Positions 47,783 to 55,764 of a stretch of DNA of 60,871 bases are shown one piece after another. Below the pieces are notes generated by a model. The model did not search any database and had not been told where the DNA came from. It saw only the letters and a program-made list of their open reading frames with translations. This stretch comes from an uncultured Methanosarcinales archaeon (GTDB lineage Archaea; Nanobdellota; Nanobdellia; Woesearchaeales; GW2011-AR4): contig CAZTBE010000002.1 of the NCBI GenBank assembly GCA_964611745.1, forward strand, positions 1 to 60,871, in the 5' to 3' direction. Position numbers and translations under genes: made by a program. Numbering within the stretch: position 1 is the stretch's first letter; each line of letters begins with the position of its first letter.

Positions 47783-49690
47783 ATGTGCGGGATTTGTGGC
47801 TTTAATTTTTCAGATAGAGCTCTTCTAAGAAGTATGAATGATTGTATATCGCATAGAGGTCCAAATTCTAAAGGATATTTTACTGATAAATATATTTCAT
47901 TAGGACATAGAAGGTTGAGCATAATAGATTTAACCAAATCAGGCAACCAGCCAATGTTCAATGAGGACAAATCCATAGTCCTTATTTACAATGGGGAGTT
48001 ATACAATTTTAAAGAAATAAAAAAATCATTACAGGAAAAAGGACATTCATTTTCCTCTAATACCGATACAGAGGTTGTTGTGCATGCGTATGAGGAGTAT
48101 GGGACAAACTGCTTAAATCATTTTAACGGATTTTTTAGCTTTGCATTATATGATTCAAAAAAGAAAATACTATTTCTAGCAAGGGATAGGATAGGAATAA
48201 AACCTTTGTATTATTACTATGATCAAAAAAAATTTATTTTTGCTTCAGAGATAAAGTGCATACTGGAAGATGAAACTGTTAAAAGGGATATTAATAAAAA
48301 TTCCTTAAATGAATATTTTATGTTCAGGTATGTGCACAGCAATGAAACCATATTGAAGAATATCTATAGGGTTAAGCCAGGATGTATGCTCCTGTTTAAT
48401 TGCAAAAATAATAAACTAGATATTAAAAAATATTGGGATGTTTCAATTGAGAATAAAAATTATGATGAAAATATTTGTGCCAAAAATATTTTTGAGCTAT
48501 TTAGGGATTCTGTGGAAAGAAGATTGATGAGTGATGTGCCTTTGGGTGTTTATCTTAGCGGAGGAATAGATTCCTCTTCGGTTGTAGCTATGATGAAACG
48601 GTTTGGTGTTAAGAATATAAATACTTACTCAGTAGGTTTTCAATATGATGTCTTAGGTAATGAGCTAGAATATGCCAAAAAAGTTTCTGATATTTTTGAA
48701 ACAAAGCACCATGAATTTATAATAAAGCCAGATATAATTAAGGAACTGCCAAAAATAGTGTGGCATCTGGATGAACCATTGGCAGATCCGGCTGTAGTTC
48801 CAATATACTTCCTATCAAAAGAAGCTGCAAAGAGTGTTACTGTCATTTTATCAGGGGATGGGGCAGATGAACTGTTTGCAGGCTATGATCAATACAAGTT
48901 TACAGCTTTAGGAAATAAGATAAGATTTTTGCCTAGAATGATTAGGAAAAATCTTATACCCCTGACTGTTAAAGCATTGCCTAAGCAATTACTGGATAAA
49001 ATCTATAAGTATTCTAGTACAACAGGCTCTAAAATCCATGAGAGGTTTGGAAAATTTATATCCAGTGTAAATGAGAATAAAGCAAAAGCATATCTTGAAG
49101 TAATTTCTGTATTTGATGAAGATGAAAAGAATAAACTTCTAAATGATTCTTATAAGTCTAAAAATCCTTATTTGCTTCTGAATAAGACATATTTTTCAAA
49201 TCATAAAGATTTCCTGAATCAACTGACCTACATGGACCTTAAGACTTATCTTCCCGAGGATTTACTCATGAAGCCAGATAAGATGTGCATGGCCTTCGGC
49301 ATAGAAGCGAGGGTTCCTTTTCTTGACCATAGGCTTGTAGAGTATGCATTTAATATGCCTTCTAGATTAAAATTAAAGGGCAATACCACAAAATACATAA
49401 TGAAAAAATCATTCAAAAATCTGTTGCCTTATGATATATTACACAGAAAAAAACAGCCTTTCCAAGTGCCATTGGATCAATGGATGTCAAAAGACCTGAA
49501 AGATTATTTTAGAAATTTAATAGAGGATAAGATTAATGATAAATTCTTTAACAAAAATTACATTAAAAAAATATTAGATAACTATAACCGCTCAAAATTG
49601 TTTTATGGAAGACAGATTTGGAGCTTAGGGATATTTAATATTTGGCACAAGATTTATGTTGAGGAAGAAAATATTTCTAATATCTTCTAA
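47783..49690 (+). CDS. asnB: asparagine synthase (glutamine-hydrolysing) family amidotransferase
   Basis: MCGICGF N-terminal nucleophile Cys and SGGIDSS PP-loop. 635 aa. The start lies 1 nt after the upstream stop. Confidence 0.9.
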   Translation: MCGICGFNFSDRALLRSMNDCISHRGPNSKGYFTDKYISLGHRRLSIIDLTKSGNQPMFNEDKSIVLIYNGELYNFKEIKKSLQEKGHSFSSNTDTEVVVHAYEEYGTNCLNHFNGFFSFALYDSKKKILFLARDRIGIKPLYYYYDQKKFIFASEIKCILEDETVKRDINKNSLNEYFMFRYVHSNETILKNIYRVKPGCMLLFNCKNNKLDIKKYWDVSIENKNYDENICAKNIFELFRDSVERRLMSDVPLGVYLSGGIDSSSVVAMMKRFGVKNINTYSVGFQYDVLGNELEYAKKVSDIFETKHHEFIIKPDIIKELPKIVWHLDEPLADPAVVPIYFLSKEAAKSVTVILSGDGADELFAGYDQYKFTALGNKIRFLPRMIRKNLIPLTVKALPKQLLDKIYKYSSTTGSKIHERFGKFISSVNENKAKAYLEVISVFDEDEKNKLLNDSYKSKNPYLLLNKTYFSNHKDFLNQLTYMDLKTYLPEDLLMKPDKMCMAFGIEARVPFLDHRLVEYAFNMPSRLKLKGNTTKYIMKKSFKNLLPYDILHRKKQPFQVPLDQWMSKDLKDYFRNLIEDKINDKFFNKNYIKKILDNYNRSKLFYGRQIWSLGIFNIWHKIYVEEENISNIF

Positions 49691-50655
49691 TTATTGTTAC
49701 TTGCTCTGTTTTTTACATACCACTGGCAGAATAATCTTATTCCTTCTTCTATTCCTACTTTTGGATTGTAATTGAGCAGCTCTTTTGCTGTTCTTATGTC
49801 AGCATAAGTTCGTTCCATGTCCCCAGGAATAGGTTCTCTTGCAATTATTTTTGCCTTTTTGTTCAAATTTTCTTCAATCAGACTAATGAGTTTCCTGAGT
49901 TCTATAGGATTACTGTTTCCTATGTTTATTATTTTGTATTCTGTCTTAAGATCCAAACTTTGTATTATGCCGTAAACTATGTCTGTTATGTAGGTGTAAT
50001 CCCTTTTGGATGTTCCATCACCATAGACCTCTATTTCCTGATTATTGAATATTCTCTCAGTAAATTTATAATGTGCCATGTCCGGCCTTCCATTAGGACC
50101 ATAAACTGTAAAGAATCTTAGGCAGACTATAGGCAATCTATAAATGTTATGATAAGCACTACACAACACCTCTGCAGCCTTTTTTGTTGCCCCATAGGGC
50201 GATATTGGGTTATCTGTGTTGTCTTCTTCAGAAAAAGGTATCTTTTTATTATTTCCGTATACACTTGAACTTGACCCAAAAATAAATTTTTTGCATTTAT
50301 GGTGGCTTGCGAGCTCAAGCAGATTTAAAGTGCCTTTGACATTTACGTCTTCATAAATTAAAGGATTGCTTATACTGTATCTTACACCTACCATAGAAGC
50401 CAGATGAATTATCTTGTCTATCTTGTTTTCCTGAAAAACTTGTTTAAGGCTATTTTTGTCTGTTATGTCGCATCTATAAAGTTTTATCTTCAAATCTTTG
50501 ATATTCTCTTCCTTGAATTTTGGATTGTAGTAGTCATTAAAGTTATCTATTCCTATAATGCTGCAGTTATCTTTTTTGAGAAGTTCTTTAGCTACGGAAC
50601 TGCCTATAAAACCAGCAATACCTGTGATTAATATATTCATTTTTGAAATGAACAC
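49687..50655 (-). CDS. extended SDR, UDP-glucuronate 4-epimerase-like
   Basis: ITGIAGFIGS, YGATKKAAE, RFFTVYGPNGRPDMA (matches the RFFTVYGPWGRPDMA signature I recall for GlcA 4-epimerases). GTG start. Confidence 0.8.
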   Translation of the reverse strand: MFISKMNILITGIAGFIGSSVAKELLKKDNCSIIGIDNFNDYYNPKFKEENIKDLKIKLYRCDITDKNSLKQVFQENKIDKIIHLASMVGVRYSISNPLIYEDVNVKGTLNLLELASHHKCKKFIFGSSSSVYGNNKKIPFSEEDNTDNPISPYGATKKAAEVLCSAYHNIYRLPIVCLRFFTVYGPNGRPDMAHYKFTERIFNNQEIEVYGDGTSKRDYTYITDIVYGIIQSLDLKTEYKIINIGNSNPIELRKLISLIEENLNKKAKIIAREPIPGDMERTYADIRTAKELLNYNPKVGIEEGIRLFCQWYVKNRASNNN

Positions 50656-50707
50656 CGCATGTTATTTAAAATTTATTGATATAAAGGAAGGATTAAGTTC
50701 TAAAAAC

Positions 50708-51403
50708 TTAGTCCATAATCCTATATTTTATTAGATAAAATACTGCTTTTATTCCGTCCTTCCATGTTATCTTTTTGCCTTCATTAAATTTTCTTCCTAC
50801 AAAATTAATCGGGATTTCTGTTATTTTATAGCCTTTCTTGAGAATTTTGGCTGTAATTTCCGGTTCAAAGTCAAAGCGTTTTGCTTTTAAATTCATATTT
50901 TCTATCACTTCTTTCCTGAATACTTTATACCCTGTTTCCATATCAGTTATTTTTGTTCCGTATAATATGTTTGTAACTGCTGTAAGAAGCATATTGCCTA
51001 AATAATGAAGCTTATACATGTTTTTTATGTTCTCTCTAATTGCTTCTATCCTGGAACCATAGACCACTTTTGTTCTATTTTCCATTATTGGTTTTAACAA
51101 TTTTGCATATTCTATTGGATTGTATTCCAAATCAGCATCCTGAATTAGGATTATATCTCCAGTTGCATGTTTTAAAGCAGTCCTTATCGCAGTTCCTTTT
51201 CCCCTATTTTTTTGGTGGAAAAATATCTTTAAGCTAGAGTCTTTTAATTCTGACAGGATTTTTTTTGTGTTATCTGTTGAAAAATCATCAACAATAACAA
51301 TCTCTTTTGTTATGTCTTTTAATTCAGTTCTTTTTACTTTGCTGATTACTTCTAAGATATTGTTTTCTTCGTTGTATACTGGGATTATTATTGATAATTT
51401 CAT
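50708..51403 (-). CDS. GT2, polyprenyl-phosphate sugar synthase-like
   Basis: IIIPVYNEENNI, VDDFSTD, QDADLE. 231 aa. Confidence 0.85.
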   Translation of the reverse strand: MKLSIIIPVYNEENNILEVISKVKRTELKDITKEIVIVDDFSTDNTKKILSELKDSSLKIFFHQKNRGKGTAIRTALKHATGDIILIQDADLEYNPIEYAKLLKPIMENRTKVVYGSRIEAIRENIKNMYKLHYLGNMLLTAVTNILYGTKITDMETGYKVFRKEVIENMNLKAKRFDFEPEITAKILKKGYKITEIPINFVGRKFNEGKKITWKDGIKAVFYLIKYRIMD

Positions 51404-51448
51404 CTATAGTGTAGAATAATAAGGTATTTTAAAAGTTATTGGTTAGAA

Positions 51449-51991
51449 TCAATTACCTTTATGCAACTCAATAATCTTTTTTATCAAATCAGTTGTGGAA
51501 TAGCCTTTAACCTCAGGTATTAAAATTATCTTGCCGTTATTTTTTTCTACAGTGTCTTTTTCAATTATTTGGTCCATCTTGTAGTCCCCGCCTTTGGCAT
51601 GAATATTTGGTTTTATTTCTTCAAGAAATTTTATTGGGTTGTTTTCACTGAATATTGTCACATAGTCAACACATTCTAACGAAGCAAGAGCTTCTGCTCT
51701 ATCATTTTCGTGGTTTAATGGCCTTTTTTGTCCTTTAATTTGTTTTGTTGATAAATTAGAGTTTATAGCTACAATTAAAACATCTCCTAGCTTTTTTGCT
51801 TCTTTTAAATATCTTATATGGCCGATATGCAGAATATCAAAGACACCATTTGTTGTTACAACTACCTTATTCTCTTTTTTTAGGTCTTCAACTATATTTT
51901 TTAGTTCACTCGAAAAAACAATCTTTTTTCGGTGTCCCGAAAAGCTTTGCTTTTCTAGGACGTCAATAGTTTTTATTTTTTGTTTTTCCAT
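51449..51991 (-). CDS. hldC: D-beta-D-heptose 1-phosphate adenylyltransferase (RfaE domain II-like cytidylyltransferase fold)
   Basis: TNGVFDILHIGHIRYL, GDVLIVAINS, KGGDY. Confidence 0.8.
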   Translation of the reverse strand: MEKQKIKTIDVLEKQSFSGHRKKIVFSSELKNIVEDLKKENKVVVTTNGVFDILHIGHIRYLKEAKKLGDVLIVAINSNLSTKQIKGQKRPLNHENDRAEALASLECVDYVTIFSENNPIKFLEEIKPNIHAKGGDYKMDQIIEKDTVEKNNGKIILIPEVKGYSTTDLIKKIIELHKGN

Positions 51992-52027
51992 TTTCTGCCA
52001 TTAATTTTTATCAAATCTATTATATTA

Positions 52028-52579
52028 TTATTGCTTTTTATTGTTCATAATAAAATCAGCAGCTTTGAAAAAATCTTCAGCAATAAAATCAGGCTTTAGA
52101 CCTTTTTTTCCCAGATTCTCAAAATGCTTTTTACCATGGCCAGTTAGCATATAGACATTTCTGCAATTAGCCTTCACTCCCATCTCAATATCATGCAGGT
52201 GATCTCCTATCACCCAGGAGTTTTTTATGTCTATGTCGAATTCCTTTGCTGCTTCCTCGATGTATTTTGTGCTTGGCTTTCTGCAGTCACAACTTTCCTC
52301 TTTTTTATGCGGACAATGATATATTTTTTTTATATCTATACTTCCTTTTTTCAACTCATCAATCAGTTTTTCATTGAATTTTCTCATATCTTCCTCTGTA
52401 TACATTCCTAATCCTATGCCGGATTGGTTTGTTATGATAACAAAAATAAATTCACCTGAAAGAGCTTTTAACCCTTCTATTACTCCTGGCAGCAGTTTGA
52501 AATCTTCCACTTTGTAGACATAATAATTTGGGTCCTCTACTAAAGTTCCATCCCTGTCCAGATAAATAGCTTTAACCAT
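52028..52579 (-). CDS. gmhB: D,D-heptose 1,7-bisphosphate phosphatase (HAD)
   Basis: YLDRDGTL HAD motif I and Zn-finger-like CPHKKEESCDCRKP. ATG 52579 overlaps the upstream stop (ATGGTTAA). The ORF track opens at TTG 52606. Confidence 0.8.
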   Translation of the reverse strand: MVKAIYLDRDGTLVEDPNYYVYKVEDFKLLPGVIEGLKALSGEFIFVIITNQSGIGLGMYTEEDMRKFNEKLIDELKKGSIDIKKIYHCPHKKEESCDCRKPSTKYIEEAAKEFDIDIKNSWVIGDHLHDIEMGVKANCRNVYMLTGHGKKHFENLGKKGLKPDFIAEDFFKAADFIMNNKKQ

Positions 52580-53543
52580 TTTCAATGCTCTTTTTAAGCT
52601 CTTCAATACTTACTGTAGATGTCCCTATCTTTCCTACTGTTATGCCTGCTGCATGATTAGCTATTATGGCGGCTTCTTCAAATGAAGCTCCTGATGCTAA
52701 AGCTAATGTTAGGGTAGCAACAGATGTATCTCCTGCACCAACAATATCATAGACCTCTTTGGCAAATGTTGGTATACTTGTGATTTTTCCATCTTTTTCA
52801 AACAGAGACATGCCTTTTTCCCCTTTTGTTATCAAAACATTGCTGTCTAGCTCTTTTAACAGTTCTTTTCCAATCTTTTCTGCATTAGCATCTGACTCTT
52901 CTTCAATACCAGCCATCTCATACGCCTCTTTATGGTTTGGTGATATCAGAGTAGCATTTTTATAGAACTCTTTGTGCTTTGGTTTCGGGTCAACTACAAT
53001 TATCTTATTTTTTTCCTTGCAAAGTCCTATTACCTTTTCCACCAGGTTTTTTGTTATTACACCTTTTGCATAATCTGAGATTATGATTGCATCAATTTCA
53101 TCTATTTTTTTGTAAATGAAGTCAAGAATATCATTTTCTGTTTTAACATCAACATAACCTTTCTTTTCATAATCAAATCTTAGCAATTGCTGATTTCTTC
53201 CAAAGACCCTGACTTTCTGTATGGTTCTTTCATTTCCATCTTCTATTAAACCACTTACATCTATACTTCTTTTTTTAAGCTCGTCTATTAATTTGTTTTT
53301 TGTTGAATCTTTTCCAACAACACCTATCATGAATGATTTTGCATTTAAAGCTGCTATATTATTTGCTACGTTTGCAGCGCCTCCTGGAGTATAGCTTTCT
53401 TTGATAACATTGACAACCTGGACAGGAGCTTCCGGGCTTATTCTTGAAACACTGCCCCAGATATATTTGTCCAGCATAACATCCCCTAAGACTATGATTT
53501 TTTTATTTTTGAATTGCTCAATAACTCTAATTAAATTATTCAT
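52572..53543 (-). CDS. hldA: D-beta-D-heptose 7-phosphate kinase (RfaE domain I, PfkB family)
   Basis: VLGDVMLDKYIWGSVSRISPEAPV, GGAANVANN, GAGDT. ATG 53543 overlaps the hldD stop (ATGAATAA). Confidence 0.8.
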   Translation of the reverse strand: MNNLIRVIEQFKNKKIIVLGDVMLDKYIWGSVSRISPEAPVQVVNVIKESYTPGGAANVANNIAALNAKSFMIGVVGKDSTKNKLIDELKKRSIDVSGLIEDGNERTIQKVRVFGRNQQLLRFDYEKKGYVDVKTENDILDFIYKKIDEIDAIIISDYAKGVITKNLVEKVIGLCKEKNKIIVVDPKPKHKEFYKNATLISPNHKEAYEMAGIEEESDANAEKIGKELLKELDSNVLITKGEKGMSLFEKDGKITSIPTFAKEVYDIVGAGDTSVATLTLALASGASFEEAAIIANHAAGITVGKIGTSTVSIEELKKSIENG

Positions 53544-54447
53544 TTTCCCACCCATTTTCATCTAACCAATTAAAATAATCTTTAATACTTTCTTTTAATG
53601 GCCATTTTGCCTTAAAGCCAAGAATATTTTCTGCTTTTGTTGTGTCTGCCTGTGTATCAGCTTGGTAAGTTTTAGGATCATAAGGCATGTCAAAATATTC
53701 TGTTTTGAGATTTTTTCCTAAAACATCATTTAAAACTTTAATTAAATCATTGAAGGTTGTTGCAATGCCTGTTCCTACATTATAAATTCCGCTTTTTGCA
53801 TTTACTGCTTTGATAGTAGCATTGACAGCATCTTTGACATAAATATTGTCGCGTTTTTGCTCGCCAAGTTTAAAAATTCTTGGATTTTTTCCAGCTTTAA
53901 TTTGTTTGCCTAAATGATATATCATAGATGCTGGACGTCCTTTATACGCTTCTCTAGGGCCGAAAACATTAAAGTATCTTAATCCTACAATGTGCATGTC
54001 GTCAAATAATTTTTCTGCCATATTATCCATTTCTAGTTTTGATTTTCCATAAGCACTTAGAATTTCTTTTTTCTGGCCTTCTTTCATTGGAACTTGCCCA
54101 TTACCATATAACCCTGCTGTTGATGCGTAAATTAATTTGGCATTGTTGTTTTTTGCAAGCTCTATTATATTTTTGAAACCTTGTATATTCTTATTGTAAG
54201 TTTCCTCATCATTTGGATATCTTGGATCAGTTATTGCAGCTTCATGGAAAATCACATCAAATTTTTCATTAAGCTCAAATGATTCTGAAACATCTAATTC
54301 AATAATTTTACCTTTAAAACCATTTAAATTATTTTTATTTCCAGAATTTAAATTGTCAACTATTGTGACTTCATGCCCTTGTTTTTCTAGTTCTAAAGCT
54401 AAATTAGAGCCTATAAAACCTGCACCACCTGTTACTAAGCATTTCAT
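53536..54447 (-). CDS. hldD: ADP-L-glycero-D-manno-heptose 6-epimerase-like SDR
   Basis: VTGGAGFIGSNL, HEAAITD, YGKSKLEMD. 303 aa. The start overlaps the cupin stop (ATGA). Confidence 0.75.
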   Translation of the reverse strand: MKCLVTGGAGFIGSNLALELEKQGHEVTIVDNLNSGNKNNLNGFKGKIIELDVSESFELNEKFDVIFHEAAITDPRYPNDEETYNKNIQGFKNIIELAKNNNAKLIYASTAGLYGNGQVPMKEGQKKEILSAYGKSKLEMDNMAEKLFDDMHIVGLRYFNVFGPREAYKGRPASMIYHLGKQIKAGKNPRIFKLGEQKRDNIYVKDAVNATIKAVNAKSGIYNVGTGIATTFNDLIKVLNDVLGKNLKTEYFDMPYDPKTYQADTQADTTKAENILGFKAKWPLKESIKDYFNWLDENGWENE

Positions 54448-54803
54448 TTTGGCAGCTCCAACTTGTCTAAATCAACTTTTCCTGATAATTCATCGCGGTA
54501 TGAATCAGAATCTTCATGATGTGTTGAGAATTCTATTATTTCACTGGGTTCTAAGCCTGTAAAGCGGTGTTTTGTATTTGGTGTTATAAGGATAGAATGC
54601 CCAGGAAGCATTATCTGTTTTTTATTGTCAGTTTCCATTAAGACCTTGCCTGCTAGTATATAGAATGTTTCATCCTTGTTTTTGTGGTAATGCATTGAGC
54701 ATCTGAAACCTTTATTTAGGATTAACTTTTTTCCGCAATAATTTCTATTGGCAATTATTTCTTCATGACCCCATACTTTCTTAACTATCTTATGTTCTGT
54801 CAT
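54444..54803 (-). CDS. cupin, phosphomannose-isomerase-type (candidate sedoheptulose-7-phosphate isomerase)
   Basis: 119 aa. WGHEE, SMHYHKNKDETFYILAG, TKHRF. First gene of the heptose operon. Confidence 0.6.
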   Translation of the reverse strand: MTEHKIVKKVWGHEEIIANRNYCGKKLILNKGFRCSMHYHKNKDETFYILAGKVLMETDNKKQIMLPGHSILITPNTKHRFTGLEPSEIIEFSTHHEDSDSYRDELSGKVDLDKLELPK

Positions 54804-54853
54804 ATTAGTATGAATAGTTCATACTTCTAGTATATAAATGTTTCGTTATTGTA

Positions 54854-54963
54854 CGTGCCCGTACAACAGCGTATTGGGGTGTCTCAGACACCCCGAGACC
54901 GCAACATCAGGAGCTGTCTCGGATCGTGCAGTGCGAAGCACTGTACACTAGTGTGCGGGTACG
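54854..54963 (+). ncRNA. candidate structured RNA or structured DNA element E (four-way junction)
   Basis: Closing stem 54854-54865 with 54952-54963 (12 bp, 2 G-U). Hairpin GGGGTGTC/GACACCCC (54876-54894). Hairpin GAGAC/GTCTC (54895-54920). Hairpin GTGCAGTGC/GCACTGTAC (54926-54946, 1 G-U). The wobble pairs work only on the + strand. No known RNA family recognised. Confidence 0.3.
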
Positions 54964-55014
54964 CATAAATAGAAAAATATATAAAGTATGAACTTATACT
55001 ACTATTTTATACCT

Positions 55015-55764
55015 ATGACTAAACCTAAAATCGCAATAAGTCTGGATAAAAGCCTGCTTAATCTTGTAGACAGCAAGGTGGACGGTTCTGTAATAAGGTC
55101 CAGAAGCCAGGCAATGGAGTTTTTTCTGAAAAAAGGTCTGCAGGAGCAGTCTATCAATACAGCTGTTTTACTGATAAAAGGAGAGCACCAGAAAAATTTG
55201 TTAAAGAAACTGAAAGGAAAATCATTATTAAAAAATCAATTAGAATTTTTTGTCAAAAATGGGATAAATAATGTATACATTGTTACGCAGCATACTAAAA
55301 ATATTAATTTGTTATTAAATGAAATTTCTGATGCGAAAATTAATGTTGAAGTAGTTGAGACAAATGCTAAGGGAAATGCAGAGGCCTTGCAATCTGTCAA
55401 AGAAAAAATAAAAAATAGCTTTATTGTAATGTCAGGAGACACGTATAATAATTTTGATCTGTTGAAGATGATAAAAAAGCATCTGGAATTGGATAAAATG
55501 ACTACAATGGGATTAATGACTAGGGAGAAAATCAGCGGCTATGGAACTGCAATCTTAGATGGGGATCTTATTGTTGATTTCCAGGAAAAACCAAAACAAA
55601 GCTCTACGAATATTGTCAATGCTGGGATTTATATCTTCAAACCAGAAGTTTTTGAGCTGTTTGAGAATGCCAATAGTTTAGAAAAAGATTTGTTTCCTAA
55701 ACTTGCAAGATTAAAGCAGCTTATTGGGTTTTTTACGTATGGAGAATATGAGCATTTAGAGTGA
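55015..55764 (+). CDS. ribbon-helix-helix (CopG-like) domain fused to a degenerate sugar nucleotidyltransferase-like domain
   Basis: The ORF opens at ATG 54988, but the TATA-like box at 54975-54986 favours ATG 55015. KIAISLDKSLLNLVD...RSRSQAMEFFLKKGL fits beta-alpha-alpha RHH. The NTP_transferase-like core keeps SGDTY, EKP and NAGIY but has LLIKGEHQKNL where GGxGTRL is expected. Confidence 0.65.
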   Translation: MTKPKIAISLDKSLLNLVDSKVDGSVIRSRSQAMEFFLKKGLQEQSINTAVLLIKGEHQKNLLKKLKGKSLLKNQLEFFVKNGINNVYIVTQHTKNINLLLNEISDAKINVEVVETNAKGNAEALQSVKEKIKNSFIVMSGDTYNNFDLLKMIKKHLELDKMTTMGLMTREKISGYGTAILDGDLIVDFQEKPKQSSTNIVNAGIYIFKPEVFELFENANSLEKDLFPKLARLKQLIGFFTYGEYEHLE

